Positions 52,324 through 63,225 of a stretch of DNA of 64,000 nucleotides are shown here, piece by piece. The stretch covers positions 1,568,001 to 1,632,000 of the forward strand of contig OY776215.1 in assembly GCA_963675495.1 (NCBI GenBank), in the 5' to 3' direction. The first letter of the stretch is position 1; each line of letters starts with the position of its first letter. The position numbers were made by a program, and so were the translations under genes. The stretch comes from an uncultured Methanolobus sp. (GTDB taxonomy: Archaea > Halobacteriota > Methanosarcinia > Methanosarcinales > Methanosarcinaceae). The notes beneath the pieces were generated by a model. That model saw only the letters and a list, made by a program, of their open reading frames with translations, was not told where the DNA came from and searched no databases.

Positions 52324-54810
52324 ATGCTTAGAACTCCTGAACTTTTAGCCCCTGCCGGAAATATGGAATCACTCATAGCTGCCGTAGAGAACGGTGCAGA
52401 TGCAGTATATCTTGGAATCAAGGATTTCAGCGCCAGGGCATACGCAGGCAATTTCACCATAGAGGAATTCAAGGAGGCGCTTGACTTCGCCCACCTTCGA
52501 GGAGTTAAGGTCTACGTTACCATGAACACACTCATCAAGGATAGTGAGATGAAAATGGCTCTTCGACTCATGTACACCCTTGATGAATTGGGAACTGATG
52601 CCATCATTGTGCAGGACATGGGCTTATTGTCACTTGCCAGAGAAATGATTCCCACACTTCCGGTGCACGCAAGCACCCAGATGACCATCCACAGCACTGA
52701 AGGAGTCCTTTTACTGAAGGAAATGGGTGTCAAAAGAGCAGTCCTTGCAAGGGAACTCTCGCTTGAAGAGATAAAAACAATCAAATCAGAAACCGGAGTA
52801 GAAATTGAGGCTTTCGTACACGGGGCACTCTGTATCTGCTACTCAGGTCAGTGTCTCATGAGCAGTTTGATAGGAGGCAGGAGTGGCAACCGGGGATACT
52901 GCGCCCAACCATGCCGCAAACAATACAAATTACTGAATGACGGACTGGAAAAAAAAACAGAAGGGAAATATCTTCTAAGTCCAAAAGATCTAAACACATC
53001 AGAGTTGCTACCTGAACTTGTAAATTCAGGAATTGATTCCTTCAAAATAGAAGGCCGTATGAAACGCCCCGAATACGTTGCCGGGGTCGTAAGCATATAC
53101 CGCCGCCTGATAGATAGATTTGCAACAGACCCGAACAATTACTTCGTAACTCAGGAAGAATCTGCACAACTTGAGCAACTCTTCAACAGAGAATTCACAA
53201 CGGCTTATTTTGAAGGTGACCCTGCAGGTGACCTTATGAGTCGCCAAAGACCACACAACCAGGGTATCGTGGTTGGAAAAGTGAGGGGATACAACCAGAA
53301 ACGCAGCAGTCTGTTGATAGAACTCACAGGAGAACTTGAATTAGGAGATGGAATTGGCTTTGAAGGTTATCGCGACTCAGGAACTATAATAAGAGGGATG
53401 TTTGTCGATAACGAGCCGGTAAAGAATGCAGGAAAGGGAGACATCATCTCCACTAATTTCGAAGATGAACTTAAGGCCGGAACAATCGTTTACAAAACAC
53501 TGGATGATTCCTTGATGAAAGAACTACAGAATTCTTTCACCTCACCTTCACCAATACGCAAGATTCCCGTATCCATCGGTATGAAAGCACATGTCGGAGA
53601 GAAAATGGAACTCTCAGTTTCTGATGATGACAATAACATCTCAGAGATCATTTCCGATTATGTGGTTGAAAGGTCCCAGAAAAGGCCAACAACTGCAGAA
53701 GATGTGAAAAAACAACTTTCCAAAACAGGGAACACAGTTTTCGAGCCTGCGGATATCAATATAGACATCCCTGAGGATGCGTTCATACCGATAAGGGAAC
53801 TAAACAACGCAAGGACTGAAGCAATATCAGAAATTGAGAAATTGAGGATAGAAAAATACAGAAGACCGCCACACATCAAGCCTCCCACAGATAGTGCTCC
53901 GACAGCAGAAGATGAAAAAGAAGAGAAGGAACCGGAGACCAGTGAAAAAAGAACACTGCTTTCTGTGAGTGTAAACAATTCCAAAGCCCTCAAATCTGCA
54001 ATCAAGGGTGGAGCAGATATCGCATATCTTGATAGCGATGGAAAGATGCTTGAAAATGAAGAGTGGAGCTCGGCCATTGCTTTTGCTACAGAAAAAGAAG
54101 TACCATTATACATCCATACCCCTGTGATCGTAAAAGACGGAGAAATGGGAAAACTTACGGACAGGATAGAACTTGCAAAAAAGCTAGGTTTTGGTGGAAT
54201 TGTAGTCGCAAATGCGGGAGTTTTCAGAATGATTTTGGAATCAGCAGCATCCGATATGAAAATTATCACTGACAGTTCCATGAATGTATTCAACCGCTAT
54301 ACCCTTGAATTTTTGACAGAGAAAGGCGCAGATACAGTAGTTCTTTCAGCGGAAATGAATCTCGGACAGATAACAAAGATAGCAAAATACGGCAATTGCG
54401 AATACATCGTACATGGCGGCATTCAGGTAATGGAATCCGAACATTGTCTTATAGGTGGCATACTGGGCGACAAGGATGATTGCGGTTCCCATTGTAAGAG
54501 GGGTAAATTCGAGTTAGTTGATGAGAAAGGTTATGAATTTTTGGTAAGAACGGATTCAGATTGCAGAACACATATCTATAACTCAAGGGAACTCTGCCTG
54601 CTGGAAGACGTACCTCACCTTATCAATGCAGGTCTTTCAAGGCTCAGAATAGATGCAAGGACCATGAAGGACGAACATGTGGAAAAAGCCACACGTGCCT
54701 ATAGGGATGGAATCGATTCTCACTTCAGTAAAAACAAAAGGCAAGCATGGGAATCCAGTGACATCAGTGAATATCACACAAGAGGACATTACCACAGAGG
54801 AGTACTATGA
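52324..54810 (+). CDS. U32 'peptidase' family Fe-S protein (RlhA/TrhP-like RNA hydroxylase, long form)
   Basis: PELLAPAG, HASTQM, LAREL, HGALCICYSGQC, NRGYCAQPCR, KIEGRMK; C-terminal TRGHY. Confidence 0.9.
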   Translation: MLRTPELLAPAGNMESLIAAVENGADAVYLGIKDFSARAYAGNFTIEEFKEALDFAHLRGVKVYVTMNTLIKDSEMKMALRLMYTLDELGTDAIIVQDMGLLSLAREMIPTLPVHASTQMTIHSTEGVLLLKEMGVKRAVLARELSLEEIKTIKSETGVEIEAFVHGALCICYSGQCLMSSLIGGRSGNRGYCAQPCRKQYKLLNDGLEKKTEGKYLLSPKDLNTSELLPELVNSGIDSFKIEGRMKRPEYVAGVVSIYRRLIDRFATDPNNYFVTQEESAQLEQLFNREFTTAYFEGDPAGDLMSRQRPHNQGIVVGKVRGYNQKRSSLLIELTGELELGDGIGFEGYRDSGTIIRGMFVDNEPVKNAGKGDIISTNFEDELKAGTIVYKTLDDSLMKELQNSFTSPSPIRKIPVSIGMKAHVGEKMELSVSDDDNNISEIISDYVVERSQKRPTTAEDVKKQLSKTGNTVFEPADINIDIPEDAFIPIRELNNARTEAISEIEKLRIEKYRRPPHIKPPTDSAPTAEDEKEEKEPETSEKRTLLSVSVNNSKALKSAIKGGADIAYLDSDGKMLENEEWSSAIAFATEKEVPLYIHTPVIVKDGEMGKLTDRIELAKKLGFGGIVVANAGVFRMILESAASDMKIITDSSMNVFNRYTLEFLTEKGADTVVLSAEMNLGQITKIAKYGNCEYIVHGGIQVMESEHCLIGGILGDKDDCGSHCKRGKFELVDEKGYEFLVRTDSDCRTHIYNSRELCLLEDVPHLINAGLSRLRIDARTMKDEHVEKATRAYRDGIDSHFSKNKRQAWESSDISEYHTRGHYHRGVL

Positions 54811-55226
54811 ACGTATTCCTTTCAGCATCAATCAGAGGGGGCAGGGATATGCTGTCCACTTATATTGAGATGTGTAACTATCTTCAAGAAAATGGACATG
54901 ATGTACTTAGCTGGCATGTGGCTGACCCGGAACTTGAAAAAACAGAGTCACTGCTAACTGAGCAGGAGATATACATACGCGATATGGAGTTCCTTGAAAA
55001 AAGTCATTGTGTGATAGCAGAAGTCAGCACGCCTTCCATTGGCGTTGGTTATGAAATATCCAGCGCACTACACAGAGAACTTCCGGTCCTGTGTTTACAC
55101 ACACCTGATTCAAATGTTTCTGCGATGATACTTGGAGATAAAAGAATCATCACCAAAGAATATGATAGCATCAATTCCATGAAGGAAGAAATTGACAGTT
55201 TCCTTGATGCTTCCAGCAAATATTAA
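54807..55226 (+). CDS. Nucleoside 2-deoxyribosyltransferase / DNPH1(RCL)-like N-glycosidase
   Basis: SIRGGR, IYIRD, AEVSTPSIGVGYE, SAMI. Confidence 0.85.
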   Translation: MNVFLSASIRGGRDMLSTYIEMCNYLQENGHDVLSWHVADPELEKTESLLTEQEIYIRDMEFLEKSHCVIAEVSTPSIGVGYEISSALHRELPVLCLHTPDSNVSAMILGDKRIITKEYDSINSMKEEIDSFLDASSKY

Positions 55227-55267
55227 TTTATTAGTAATCATTAAATACTTATCATCGTAATATAAAA

Positions 55268-55522
55268 GTGGTGATCATGGTAACTGAAATAATAATTCTT
55301 ATCGTAGCTATTGTAGCTGCAATTCTTCTCTGGAAAGTGCTGAAGACTGTAAAGAACATGGTAATAAACACTATCATGGGACTTATAGTGCTCGTTGTCG
55401 CAAACCTGGCATTAGGGCTGGAAATTGCTTACGACTGGATAGTCATTCTGATCTGTGCAATTGCAGGCGTCGTAGGTGCATTACTGATAATTGCATTAAG
55501 CTATCTTGGAATTGCATTCTAA
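55268..55522 (+). CDS. BofA-like small membrane protein
   Basis: INTIMGLIVL...ICAIAGVVGA, 3 TM. Confidence 0.8.
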   Translation: MVIMVTEIIILIVAIVAAILLWKVLKTVKNMVINTIMGLIVLVVANLALGLEIAYDWIVILICAIAGVVGALLIIALSYLGIAF

Positions 55523-56181
55523 AAGCGGGCTATTGCCCTTATATGGTGGCGCCTGTGAGGTTTGCCACTGAATATTTTTTCTGAAATAATATCTTTCATT
55601 TCTATTATCTCAAATCCGCAGAGCAGAGATGAAAGTTCCTCTTTAGTAAAGTAATGGTATATGATACCGCTTTTTCTGCGGAATGTGTTTCTTTCGATCT
55701 CTTCACCACCATACCTCATATCCTCGGTCCCAAAAACCTCAATGACAAGAATAGACCTACTTTTCATTACTCTTCTTATCTCACTTATTGCCACCTTTCT
55801 TTCCTCTTCCAGCAGATGCTGGACGACACCAAGACACAGAACAGCATCAAAAGAGCTATCCAAAAAAGGAAGCGAGGTTATGCTCGACACAAGACATTCA
55901 GCCTGCAAATTCTCCTTGCTATTGCTCTTACTGATGTAAGAGCGAGCCCTGCTAACAGCAGTTGCTGACACATCAGTGCCCACGGACTTATATTTCCGGG
56001 ATAGAGGAAGAAGGAACCTGCCATTTCCACAACCAATATCAAGCACACTGGAGGAAGGGGCTATCAACCCCTCAAGCATTGAGATAGACCTGGGACCACC
56101 CCAGGTCACATGTTTGTATTCTTCATCCCAGGCAAAGAAATGAGACTTTGAACTATTGCCTGGGAAAGAACTGTTTTCCAT
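55519..56181 (-). CDS. Class I SAM-dependent methyltransferase
   Basis: VLDIGCGNGR, LPFLDSSFDAV. Confidence 0.9.
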   Translation of the reverse strand: MENSSFPGNSSKSHFFAWDEEYKHVTWGGPRSISMLEGLIAPSSSVLDIGCGNGRFLLPLSRKYKSVGTDVSATAVSRARSYISKSNSKENLQAECLVSSITSLPFLDSSFDAVLCLGVVQHLLEEERKVAISEIRRVMKSRSILVIEVFGTEDMRYGGEEIERNTFRRKSGIIYHYFTKEELSSLLCGFEIIEMKDIISEKIFSGKPHRRHHIRAIARF

Positions 56182-56183
56182 GA

Positions 56184-57776
56184 TCAGGGTCTGTATGCTG
56201 CTGCATCCCTGAAGCGTTTGATAAGGAAATCCTTCTCAAGTGAGGAAAGGAACCAGCCAGCCTTTGGACCTGATGCCTGGTCGAGTACAGAGATGTATAT
56301 TGCCTTGAAGAGTTCCTTAGGATTTACTTCCAATGACTCCGGACTTACGTCCATTGCAGCTGCGATCATTGTATTTAATTCAGAACCAGCTTCTTTTGAG
56401 GAATATACCAGGTTATGATAGTCCTCGCCTGTTAATTCTCCACTTTTTTCCAGTATGTCTGAAAATGAATTCAGGAAAGCTCTCTGGAAAGGAGTGAGAT
56501 TTGCAGCATTTACAGAGATTCCTTCCTGTACACTGAACTTTGCATTGTCAGGAGCATACATCTCAAGCCAGTTTCCGACATTATCAGTGAGCTCACGTAT
56601 GCACTTCTCATTTGAAGTATCATAGCCTGCTCTTTTGACAATGCCCATAATTTTGTCAAAATCACCTGCAGCAACCTGATATATCGTTGTCATATGCTTG
56701 AAGGGGATATCCGTATGGCAAATCCCCGCTGCGTGTGAGAGTTCTATCATCCTTTTATCGTATGATGTAGCCTTGTCACTTGAGTGCAGGCGCTCGAACT
56801 CATCCACAAGTGTGAGCAGTGGTAATGCCGGATCGAACCTGATATGCTTTTCGGGTTTTGTGCGGATGATAAGGTAACGAAGTACCTCAGGAGGAACTAC
56901 CTTGAGCATATCTGAAATGGAAACAACAACACCGGTTGATGATGACATGGCACCTTTTTTACCTAACATGATCCATTCGTAGACTATCGGGTGTGGAGCC
57001 TCAGAACCGAATATATCTTTGACTATATCCTGCCCCGTATCATATGAACCGCCCCTTGATGCGTGATCTTTTCCGAAAGGCTCTACTGAAACCCCAAGTG
57101 CCTTCCATCTTGCTGGCCAGTCAACACGCCATGTTAACTTGCCGCCACCCTTCATAGGCACTGTTCCATTATGCCCACATGAACATTCATAATCCACAGT
57201 CTCTGCATCCAGGTCAAAACCTGTCACAACTGTCGTGTTGACCTTACCGCATTCAAGGCAAATTGGATTGAAAGGGTTCCAGGTCTCGACCGGAGTCTTT
57301 CCTGACCTTTTCTGAAGGATCGCTGAAATCTCATCCTTCTTTGCAAGGGCCTGCTTTATAGCTTCAACATAGACACCCTCTTTGTAGAGTTCATCTGCCC
57401 TGTAGACTTTCGGATGGATTCCCAGATGATCAAGAGCTTCAAGGAAAGGTTCAAGGAAGTGTTCCGAATAATTCTTGTGTTCACCGCATGGACATGGGAT
57501 CTCCGAAAGAGGTTTTCCAACATGTTCTGCATAACTTTCATCCAGAAAAGGATAGACTTTTCTAAGTGGATCGTAGGTATCTGCAATATAAATGAACTCA
57601 GCCTCTGCACCTTTGTCAATAAGAGCCCTGTATGCTACATCTGCAGTTACGACCTCGCGCATGTTACCAATATGAATGTGACCTGAGGGAGTGATGCCTG
57701 TTGCAACAAGATGCTTTTTGCCTTTTGCCAGCACCTCGTCTGCTATAACATCTGCCCAATGTGTAATCTCTGCCAT
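56184..57776 (-). CDS. lysS: Lysyl-tRNA synthetase, class I
   Basis: [13 protein letters not shown] (HIGH), [24 protein letters not shown] (KMSKS), GPKAG. Confidence 0.96.
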   Translation of the reverse strand: MAEITHWADVIADEVLAKGKKHLVATGITPSGHIHIGNMREVVTADVAYRALIDKGAEAEFIYIADTYDPLRKVYPFLDESYAEHVGKPLSEIPCPCGEHKNYSEHFLEPFLEALDHLGIHPKVYRADELYKEGVYVEAIKQALAKKDEISAILQKRSGKTPVETWNPFNPICLECGKVNTTVVTGFDLDAETVDYECSCGHNGTVPMKGGGKLTWRVDWPARWKALGVSVEPFGKDHASRGGSYDTGQDIVKDIFGSEAPHPIVYEWIMLGKKGAMSSSTGVVVSISDMLKVVPPEVLRYLIIRTKPEKHIRFDPALPLLTLVDEFERLHSSDKATSYDKRMIELSHAAGICHTDIPFKHMTTIYQVAAGDFDKIMGIVKRAGYDTSNEKCIRELTDNVGNWLEMYAPDNAKFSVQEGISVNAANLTPFQRAFLNSFSDILEKSGELTGEDYHNLVYSSKEAGSELNTMIAAAMDVSPESLEVNPKELFKAIYISVLDQASGPKAGWFLSSLEKDFLIKRFRDAAAYRP

Positions 57777-57984
57777 TATTTCACCGATCTATGAGTAAGA
57801 ATATTGAATATTTAGCTGTTCGAAAGCCAGTATCCTTAGATGATCGTTACTATTATAATCTTTGCTAAAGGAGAAAATACAATCGGGATTCGAATAAGAG
57901 GTTTTTGTCCTCTTACGGACAGATGATGACCTCATACAAATGCAACTCGAAAGATATTAATAAACAAGTAGTATTCTGGTAAAT

Positions 57985-58209
57985 ATGACCCGTATCACCC
58001 AGAGCTTGCACAGGATGTCGATAAGCACTTCAGAGGATATCTTCAATATGAAAAATCAACGAGATCCTGAAACAAACGAGCTGTGGCCTTTTTTAGTTGT
58101 TCACGGAAACCATGCCACCATCAATAAAGAAGTGGTTGTATATGACGAGGAAGGCGTATATCAGGTATATACAAAAAATGTCATGTCAAAAAAAGAACTG
58201 AATGAATAA
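57985..58209 (+). CDS. Hypothetical small protein
   Basis: 74-aa ORF filling the gap between lysS and the next convergent gene; no family recognised. Confidence 0.45.
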   Translation: MTRITQSLHRMSISTSEDIFNMKNQRDPETNELWPFLVVHGNHATINKEVVVYDEEGVYQVYTKNVMSKKELNE

Positions 58210-58221
58210 GAGTAGGAAATT

Positions 58222-59007
58222 CTACCAATATGTCTTGAAGTTCAAAAGTTCTTCGACCATATCCCATTCCTCACCGAAGAACTCGTAATCCTTTATAAGA
58301 TTACCATTATAACTGATGTTATCAATGAAACCGTACCAGTAAACTATCATACCGATACCATAGTTTTCCTCATATTCCCTGAATTGTTTTTTAATGTAAT
58401 AGGCATGTTCCTTTTCATCACCAAAAAGAGCTTTGCTTTCTATCCAGGAAACCTGTACACCATCGACCTCAAGTTCTTCATCCAGCAGAAAGTCAGGAGT
58501 TTTTGTGAAGCCCTCAGCCCTCAAGTCATTTTCTGATCTGTAAGTCAGTCCTTTTTCAGTGAGCCATGTCGCAAGAACAGATTCCCCCAGCTCTCCCTTT
58601 TCCGCATGCAGATCATGTGCCTTCGGGGAAAAGAAGTAATCGAATTCCATTGCTTCCAGAACTTCCTTTTTGAGGCGGCCATCCGGATAATCATCCAGGT
58701 TCCTTAGGAAACCTTTCTTTGGAATACCCATCTCCTTGAGCAGCATTGAAACCATAAGAGTCGCAGGTATATCATTTTTCTTTGCGATCTCTGATATACT
58801 ATTGCCTTTTTTCCACTGTCTGTAATGCCAAGGGCCCTTGTTCTTAACCTTTGAGAAAATCCTCTTGACCTTTGTAACGATCTTCTGATTAAGTATGGAA
58901 TGGATAGTACCAAGAGGCTGTTCAAACTGCTCAGCAACACTTTCTATGTCATTGACACTTTCCAGGCGGTCATATATCTTTTTATAGGTTTCAATATCCA
59001 TTCTCAT
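58222..59007 (-). CDS. C15orf41/CDIN1-like (TPD) protein with HTH and PD-(D/E)xK-like domain
   Basis: KTPDFLL, WIESKALFG, VYWYG motifs. Confidence 0.85.
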   Translation of the reverse strand: MRMDIETYKKIYDRLESVNDIESVAEQFEQPLGTIHSILNQKIVTKVKRIFSKVKNKGPWHYRQWKKGNSISEIAKKNDIPATLMVSMLLKEMGIPKKGFLRNLDDYPDGRLKKEVLEAMEFDYFFSPKAHDLHAEKGELGESVLATWLTEKGLTYRSENDLRAEGFTKTPDFLLDEELEVDGVQVSWIESKALFGDEKEHAYYIKKQFREYEENYGIGMIVYWYGFIDNISYNGNLIKDYEFFGEEWDMVEELLNFKTYW

Positions 59008-59623
59008 TCAGTTCCTTCAGAATGCATTCATCACATCGGTTCCTGCCACAATAGGCTTTCGAATACTCAACTATGAGAGCATGGTATTCCTTATAGATAT
59101 CGATGTTTGTGGGAAGTTCTGTCTCAAACATCCGTTGTAGTCGCATATAATTACCTTCGATACCCATGCATTTCATCATACGAGTTGTATAGGCATCTAT
59201 GACGAATTTTGGTTTATTGGCAGCATAGAGTATAATACAATCTGCGGTTTCATTTCCAATGCCTTTAAGGGACAATATAATCTTGCGAAGTTCCTCCACA
59301 GGCATGGAAAAAACATCCTCCATCCCCTGTTCTGCAAAAAAAGTTGCTATTTCCTTAAGACGAGAAGCCTTCTGCCGATAAAAACCGCAACATCTCACAA
59401 GCCCTTGCAACAATTCAATATCGGCATCTGCAAGAGCCTCTATTTCAAGAAGATTGTTTTCTTTCAGGCCAATGATAGCTTTTTCTACATTTGTCCATTT
59501 TGTCTGTTGGGTAAGCAAAGCACCAATAACAACCTCAAATGCCGTTTCTGCAGGCCACCAGTGTTGTGGCCCCAGTTCATCCAGAAGCAAATAGTAGATT
59601 CTGCAAAGTGTTCCATTTTCCAT
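58991..59623 (-). CDS. HhH-GPD (endonuclease III-related) DNA glycosylase
   Basis: WWPAET.FEV.IGALLTQQT.W.NVEKA, GFYRQKA, LKGIGNETAD, VIDAYT, HALIV. Confidence 0.9.
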   Translation of the reverse strand: MENGTLCRIYYLLLDELGPQHWWPAETAFEVVIGALLTQQTKWTNVEKAIIGLKENNLLEIEALADADIELLQGLVRCCGFYRQKASRLKEIATFFAEQGMEDVFSMPVEELRKIILSLKGIGNETADCIILYAANKPKFVIDAYTTRMMKCMGIEGNYMRLQRMFETELPTNIDIYKEYHALIVEYSKAYCGRNRCDECILKELNENGY

Positions 59624-59638
59624 AATTATAAAGAAGAA

Positions 59639-60136
59639 CTATTCCCAAAATTCTTTCTCATAGTTCTCAGGAAGATCCAGGTCCATCACCTCATCCAGAG
59701 ACTTGATCTTCCTTTTATCTTTTTCCGTTTTCTCATCACTATGTCTTGATTCAATAACCGTAGTATCTTTGTTGTTGACAACCACTTCTTCCTGGCCCAC
59801 AACAGAAACCGGTTTCATTTCAGGTTTCGCAACAATGGTTTCAACATTATCATATACGGGTCTTTCAAGATGTTTCCTTTCCGTTGCCTTACTATCACCA
59901 GGTTCCGGCCAGGCTCTGCTTTCGCGCTCTGGTTGTTTTCCAAGCCTTGTGCGTATACTTTCAGCATAGGTGTCTACCATTGGCATGGACTTTGAAAGCT
60001 GTTTATGAGTTGAACTATACCCGATCACGCATTGCTCGTCCCCTGTACGCCATTCGACTACGTAAAGGTGGCAGTCTTTCTTCTTACAGTGGGAAACTCC
60101 GTCCCTGGGACAAACATCGGGTAACGTCATGATCAA
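59639..60136 (-). CDS. Hypothetical protein with N-terminal Cys cluster
   Basis: CPRD..SHC...C...C then low-complexity region and acidic tail. Confidence 0.7.
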   Translation of the reverse strand: MIMTLPDVCPRDGVSHCKKKDCHLYVVEWRTGDEQCVIGYSSTHKQLSKSMPMVDTYAESIRTRLGKQPERESRAWPEPGDSKATERKHLERPVYDNVETIVAKPEMKPVSVVGQEEVVVNNKDTTVIESRHSDEKTEKDKRKIKSLDEVMDLDLPENYEKEFWE

Positions 60137-60154
60137 ACCTCAATATAATAATGA

Positions 60155-61003
60155 TTATATACTTCTTAAAGCATTGGCTATGAGAGGTGCGACACTTACA
60201 CAACTCTGTGCCTTTTCTATTGTATCTGTTGCAATGATATCTTTTACCCCCGCATTGAATAAGCGCAACACAGCATTTCTTGCCAATACCGGATGGACAC
60301 ATGCAAGATAAACATCCTTTGCACCCTGGGATTTAAGCAATTTTATAGATTCTGCCATGGTGCCTCCTGTGGCTATCATATCATCAATGATAATGATATC
60401 TCTGTCCATTACATCGACATGCTTGGCCTTGATAGAAACGGTGTCACCTGAATGACGGACCTTTTCCAGATAATCAAACTCAAAACCAACGTCATCTGCG
60501 GTGTTTTCTGCAAGGCTTATTGCACCCTTGTCAGGTGATACTATCAGGGGATCGCTGAGATTCAGGGACCTGATATGGTAACCGATCAAACGGGATGCAT
60601 CCAGGTCAAAAGCATCTGCATTGAAATAGTTCAGCACACTGGACTCATGGATATTCACAGTAAATATCCTGTCAGCGTTAATAGTCCTTGCAATTGCCCT
60701 TGCGGTTATGGGCTCACCTGTTTTGAATTTCTTATCCTGCCTTGCATATCCCATGTAGGGTATGACCACATTTATGACAGGTGAATCCTCGCAGGCGTCT
60801 ATCAGCTGCAGTAATGCAACAAGATCAGAGTCCGTAGTCGTACTCTGGATAATGGTAACTTCATCCACATCTTCATCAAGTATGCGTGAGTACAATTCTC
60901 CGTCAGGAAATTTTGTAAAGTCACACACAGTAGGGTCGATATTCATCTCCCTTGCAACCCTTGATGAAAGAGCCTGGGATGCTGGTCCTCCTATGATTTT
61001 CAA
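60155..61003 (-). CDS. prs: Ribose-phosphate pyrophosphokinase
   Basis: FPDGE, PYMGYARQD, SPDKGA, IDDMIATGGT. Confidence 0.96.
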   Translation of the reverse strand: MKIIGGPASQALSSRVAREMNIDPTVCDFTKFPDGELYSRILDEDVDEVTIIQSTTTDSDLVALLQLIDACEDSPVINVVIPYMGYARQDKKFKTGEPITARAIARTINADRIFTVNIHESSVLNYFNADAFDLDASRLIGYHIRSLNLSDPLIVSPDKGAISLAENTADDVGFEFDYLEKVRHSGDTVSIKAKHVDVMDRDIIIIDDMIATGGTMAESIKLLKSQGAKDVYLACVHPVLARNAVLRLFNAGVKDIIATDTIEKAQSCVSVAPLIANALRSI

Positions 61004-61071
61004 ATAATGTACCTCTTTAAGATTTGATTAATGGATAATTTGAATTCTTCCTAATGTACCACTATAATACA

Positions 61072-61548
61072 TTAGTTTTGGTTCATTTTGACTTTATCAA
61101 GAACCTTGATATTTTGTATACCAGTGGATGGATAATTTCCGGTTTCGTCTTTTTCTGCAGACTTCACCATGTCCCATACCGTAAGCAAGGCAACTGAGAC
61201 ACCGGTAAGTGCTTCCATTTCAACGCCAGTCTTTCCCACAGAACGTACTTCTACTTTTGCACAAACGATATTATCATAAATTGAAAAATCCACATCCACC
61301 GAAGTTATTGGAATCTGATGACACATGGGAATAAGTTCAGGGGTTTTTTTAACCGCAAGAATTGAAGCCACTCGCGCAGTGGAAAGGACATTTCCTTTTT
61401 CAACAGTTCCTGTTCGTATTTTCTCCATGGTTGCGTCACTGAGAAATATCTCTCCGGAAGCTATTGCCTTCCTTACAATGACATCTTTGCTGCTGATGTC
61501 CACCATTACCGCACGGTCGTTTTCAATATGTGTGAATTTAGCTTCCAA
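61072..61548 (-). CDS. moaC: Cyclic pyranopterin monophosphate synthase
   Basis: MVDIS, LIPMCH, KTGVEMEAL, WDMVKS. Confidence 0.96.
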   Translation of the reverse strand: MEAKFTHIENDRAVMVDISSKDVIVRKAIASGEIFLSDATMEKIRTGTVEKGNVLSTARVASILAVKKTPELIPMCHQIPITSVDVDFSIYDNIVCAKVEVRSVGKTGVEMEALTGVSVALLTVWDMVKSAEKDETGNYPSTGIQNIKVLDKVKMNQN

Positions 61549-61562
61549 GGAATCACCGTTAT

Positions 61563-61745
61563 TTAGTCAATTCTGATGTTCTGTCTCTGCAGGTAATCCT
61601 CAATAGTACTATTTAGTTGTTCTTTCAGGTCAGTTGCCTCAGCAAGGCTGAGTTTAAGGATTTCCTCATCCTTTCCGTGATTTATAGCTATTCGTACCCA
61701 CTTTCTTTCAATATCCACGTTTATTATCCTGTTGTCCTGCCCCAT
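61563..61745 (-). CDS. Small hypothetical protein
   Basis: GAGGTG RBS before MGQDNR; sits in the nnr-moaC operon. Confidence 0.7.
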   Translation of the reverse strand: MGQDNRIINVDIERKWVRIAINHGKDEEILKLSLAEATDLKEQLNSTIEDYLQRQNIRID

Positions 61746-61758
61746 ATCAAAACACCTC

Positions 61759-63225
61759 TCATATAACATCTGCTATCCGTTCAATTATATCTGTCGCAAG
61801 CAAACCAAATCCTTTTTCTTCAAAAGCAAGGTCTCCTGCGCTGCCACTTATGAATACCGCACATGATGCGGCATCCATTGCACTGTTAACTGCAAACAAA
61901 GCTCCGGTGATGCCAGTTAGTACATCCCCTGTACCGCCTACAGTCATCCCTGCGTTCCCTGTTCTGTTAAGCCGGGTGACTTGCCCGTCTGAAATTATGT
62001 CAACTTTGCCTTTTAGAACCACGGTGACTTCTTTTTCCCCGGCGAACTTATTTGCAATATTTTTCTTTTCATCAAAAGCGTGGGGAACTGCTATCCCCGA
62101 CAAGCGGGAAAATTCCGCAGAATGCGGAGTCAGAATGAATTTACCCTCGCTTTTCACAGGCAAGTCCAGATCAAAAAGAGCATCAGCATCTACTACTGCC
62201 TTTTTGCAGAAAGTCAGGAGTTGTGCCACTGTTTCAAGGGTTCCTGCATCCCGGCCAATACCAGGCCCTATGACAGCGACATCATGTGATGCTATAAGAC
62301 CATTCAGTAAAGGAAGATTTTCAGGGTTCAGCCTGTTACCGGAAAGAGGTACAACTATCAAGTTAGAAGAAAAGGAAGCAACAGTATCTGCAACGTTCTC
62401 AGGCACTGCTACTGTCACAATATCGGCACCTGTACGAAGCGCTGCCATGGCTGCAAGAGCCGGGGCTCCGTAGTAGGCACCGCCACCTATCACAAGAACA
62501 CGGCCGGAATTCCCTTTATGAGAATGTTGTCCCCTGCGAGCAAGAGCCATCAGGTCACCGGGACCCACGTACTCCTCTGCATCCTTGCAAACACCAATAG
62601 GAACCGCTTTCACCACACCTGTGTACTTGCCACATCCAGGACGTTCCAGACCGGTCTTCATTCTGTGAAAAGTAATTGTCATATCGGCAAAAACGCTTTT
62701 TGTAATATCACCACCATCAGGGTCATACCCTGAAGGGGAATCTATAGAGATGATATACGAACCTGAAGAATTTATCAGATCAATAACAGTAGATTCCGGC
62801 TCTCTGGGAGTACCTTTTATCCCGGAACCCAAAACCCCGTCAACAATAATATCAGCATTATTCCATCCAGAATACTGCTCCAGCTCTTTTGAGTCGGTGA
62901 TTTCTCTTAGTTCTTTTATACCACTGTATGTAAGAAGGGAAAAATTATGCACTGATTCTTCTGTCCTGATACGGGAAGAATGGCCCAGAAGTATTACCCT
63001 TACATTATAAGCATCATTTAGCGCAAGGTGTCTTGCAGCAACGAACGCATCACCTCCGTTGTTACCCCTTCCTGAAACAAAAAGAACTTCTCCTGAACTT
63101 ATTCTGGAACTTATTTCCCGGGCAATTGCAGCACCTGCATTTTCCATCAATTGGAGCGGACTAAGACCAAGATATGCACAGTTAGAATCAATAGAACGCA
63201 TTTTCAAAGAGTTGATAGAGAACAT
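61759..63225 (-). CDS. nnr: Bifunctional NAD(P)H-hydrate epimerase/dehydratase
   Basis: LMENAG, GNNGGD, DSPSG, HKGNSG, TPHSAEF, GGTGDVL. Confidence 0.95.
   Translation of the reverse strand: MFSINSLKMRSIDSNCAYLGLSPLQLMENAGAAIAREISSRISSGEVLFVSGRGNNGGDAFVAARHLALNDAYNVRVILLGHSSRIRTEESVHNFSLLTYSGIKELREITDSKELEQYSGWNNADIIVDGVLGSGIKGTPREPESTVIDLINSSGSYIISIDSPSGYDPDGGDITKSVFADMTITFHRMKTGLERPGCGKYTGVVKAVPIGVCKDAEEYVGPGDLMALARRGQHSHKGNSGRVLVIGGGAYYGAPALAAMAALRTGADIVTVAVPENVADTVASFSSNLIVVPLSGNRLNPENLPLLNGLIASHDVAVIGPGIGRDAGTLETVAQLLTFCKKAVVDADALFDLDLPVKSEGKFILTPHSAEFSRLSGIAVPHAFDEKKNIANKFAGEKEVTVVLKGKVDIISDGQVTRLNRTGNAGMTVGGTGDVLTGITGALFAVNSAMDAASCAVFISGSAGDLAFEEKGFGLLATDIIERIADVI

Noticed and set aside
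61850-62473. 207-aa plus-strand ORF, representative of many other antisense ORFs in the track (e.g. 53658-54293, 45438-45965)
   Set aside because: Shadows of real genes on the opposite strand with Ser/Pro-rich non-protein-like composition
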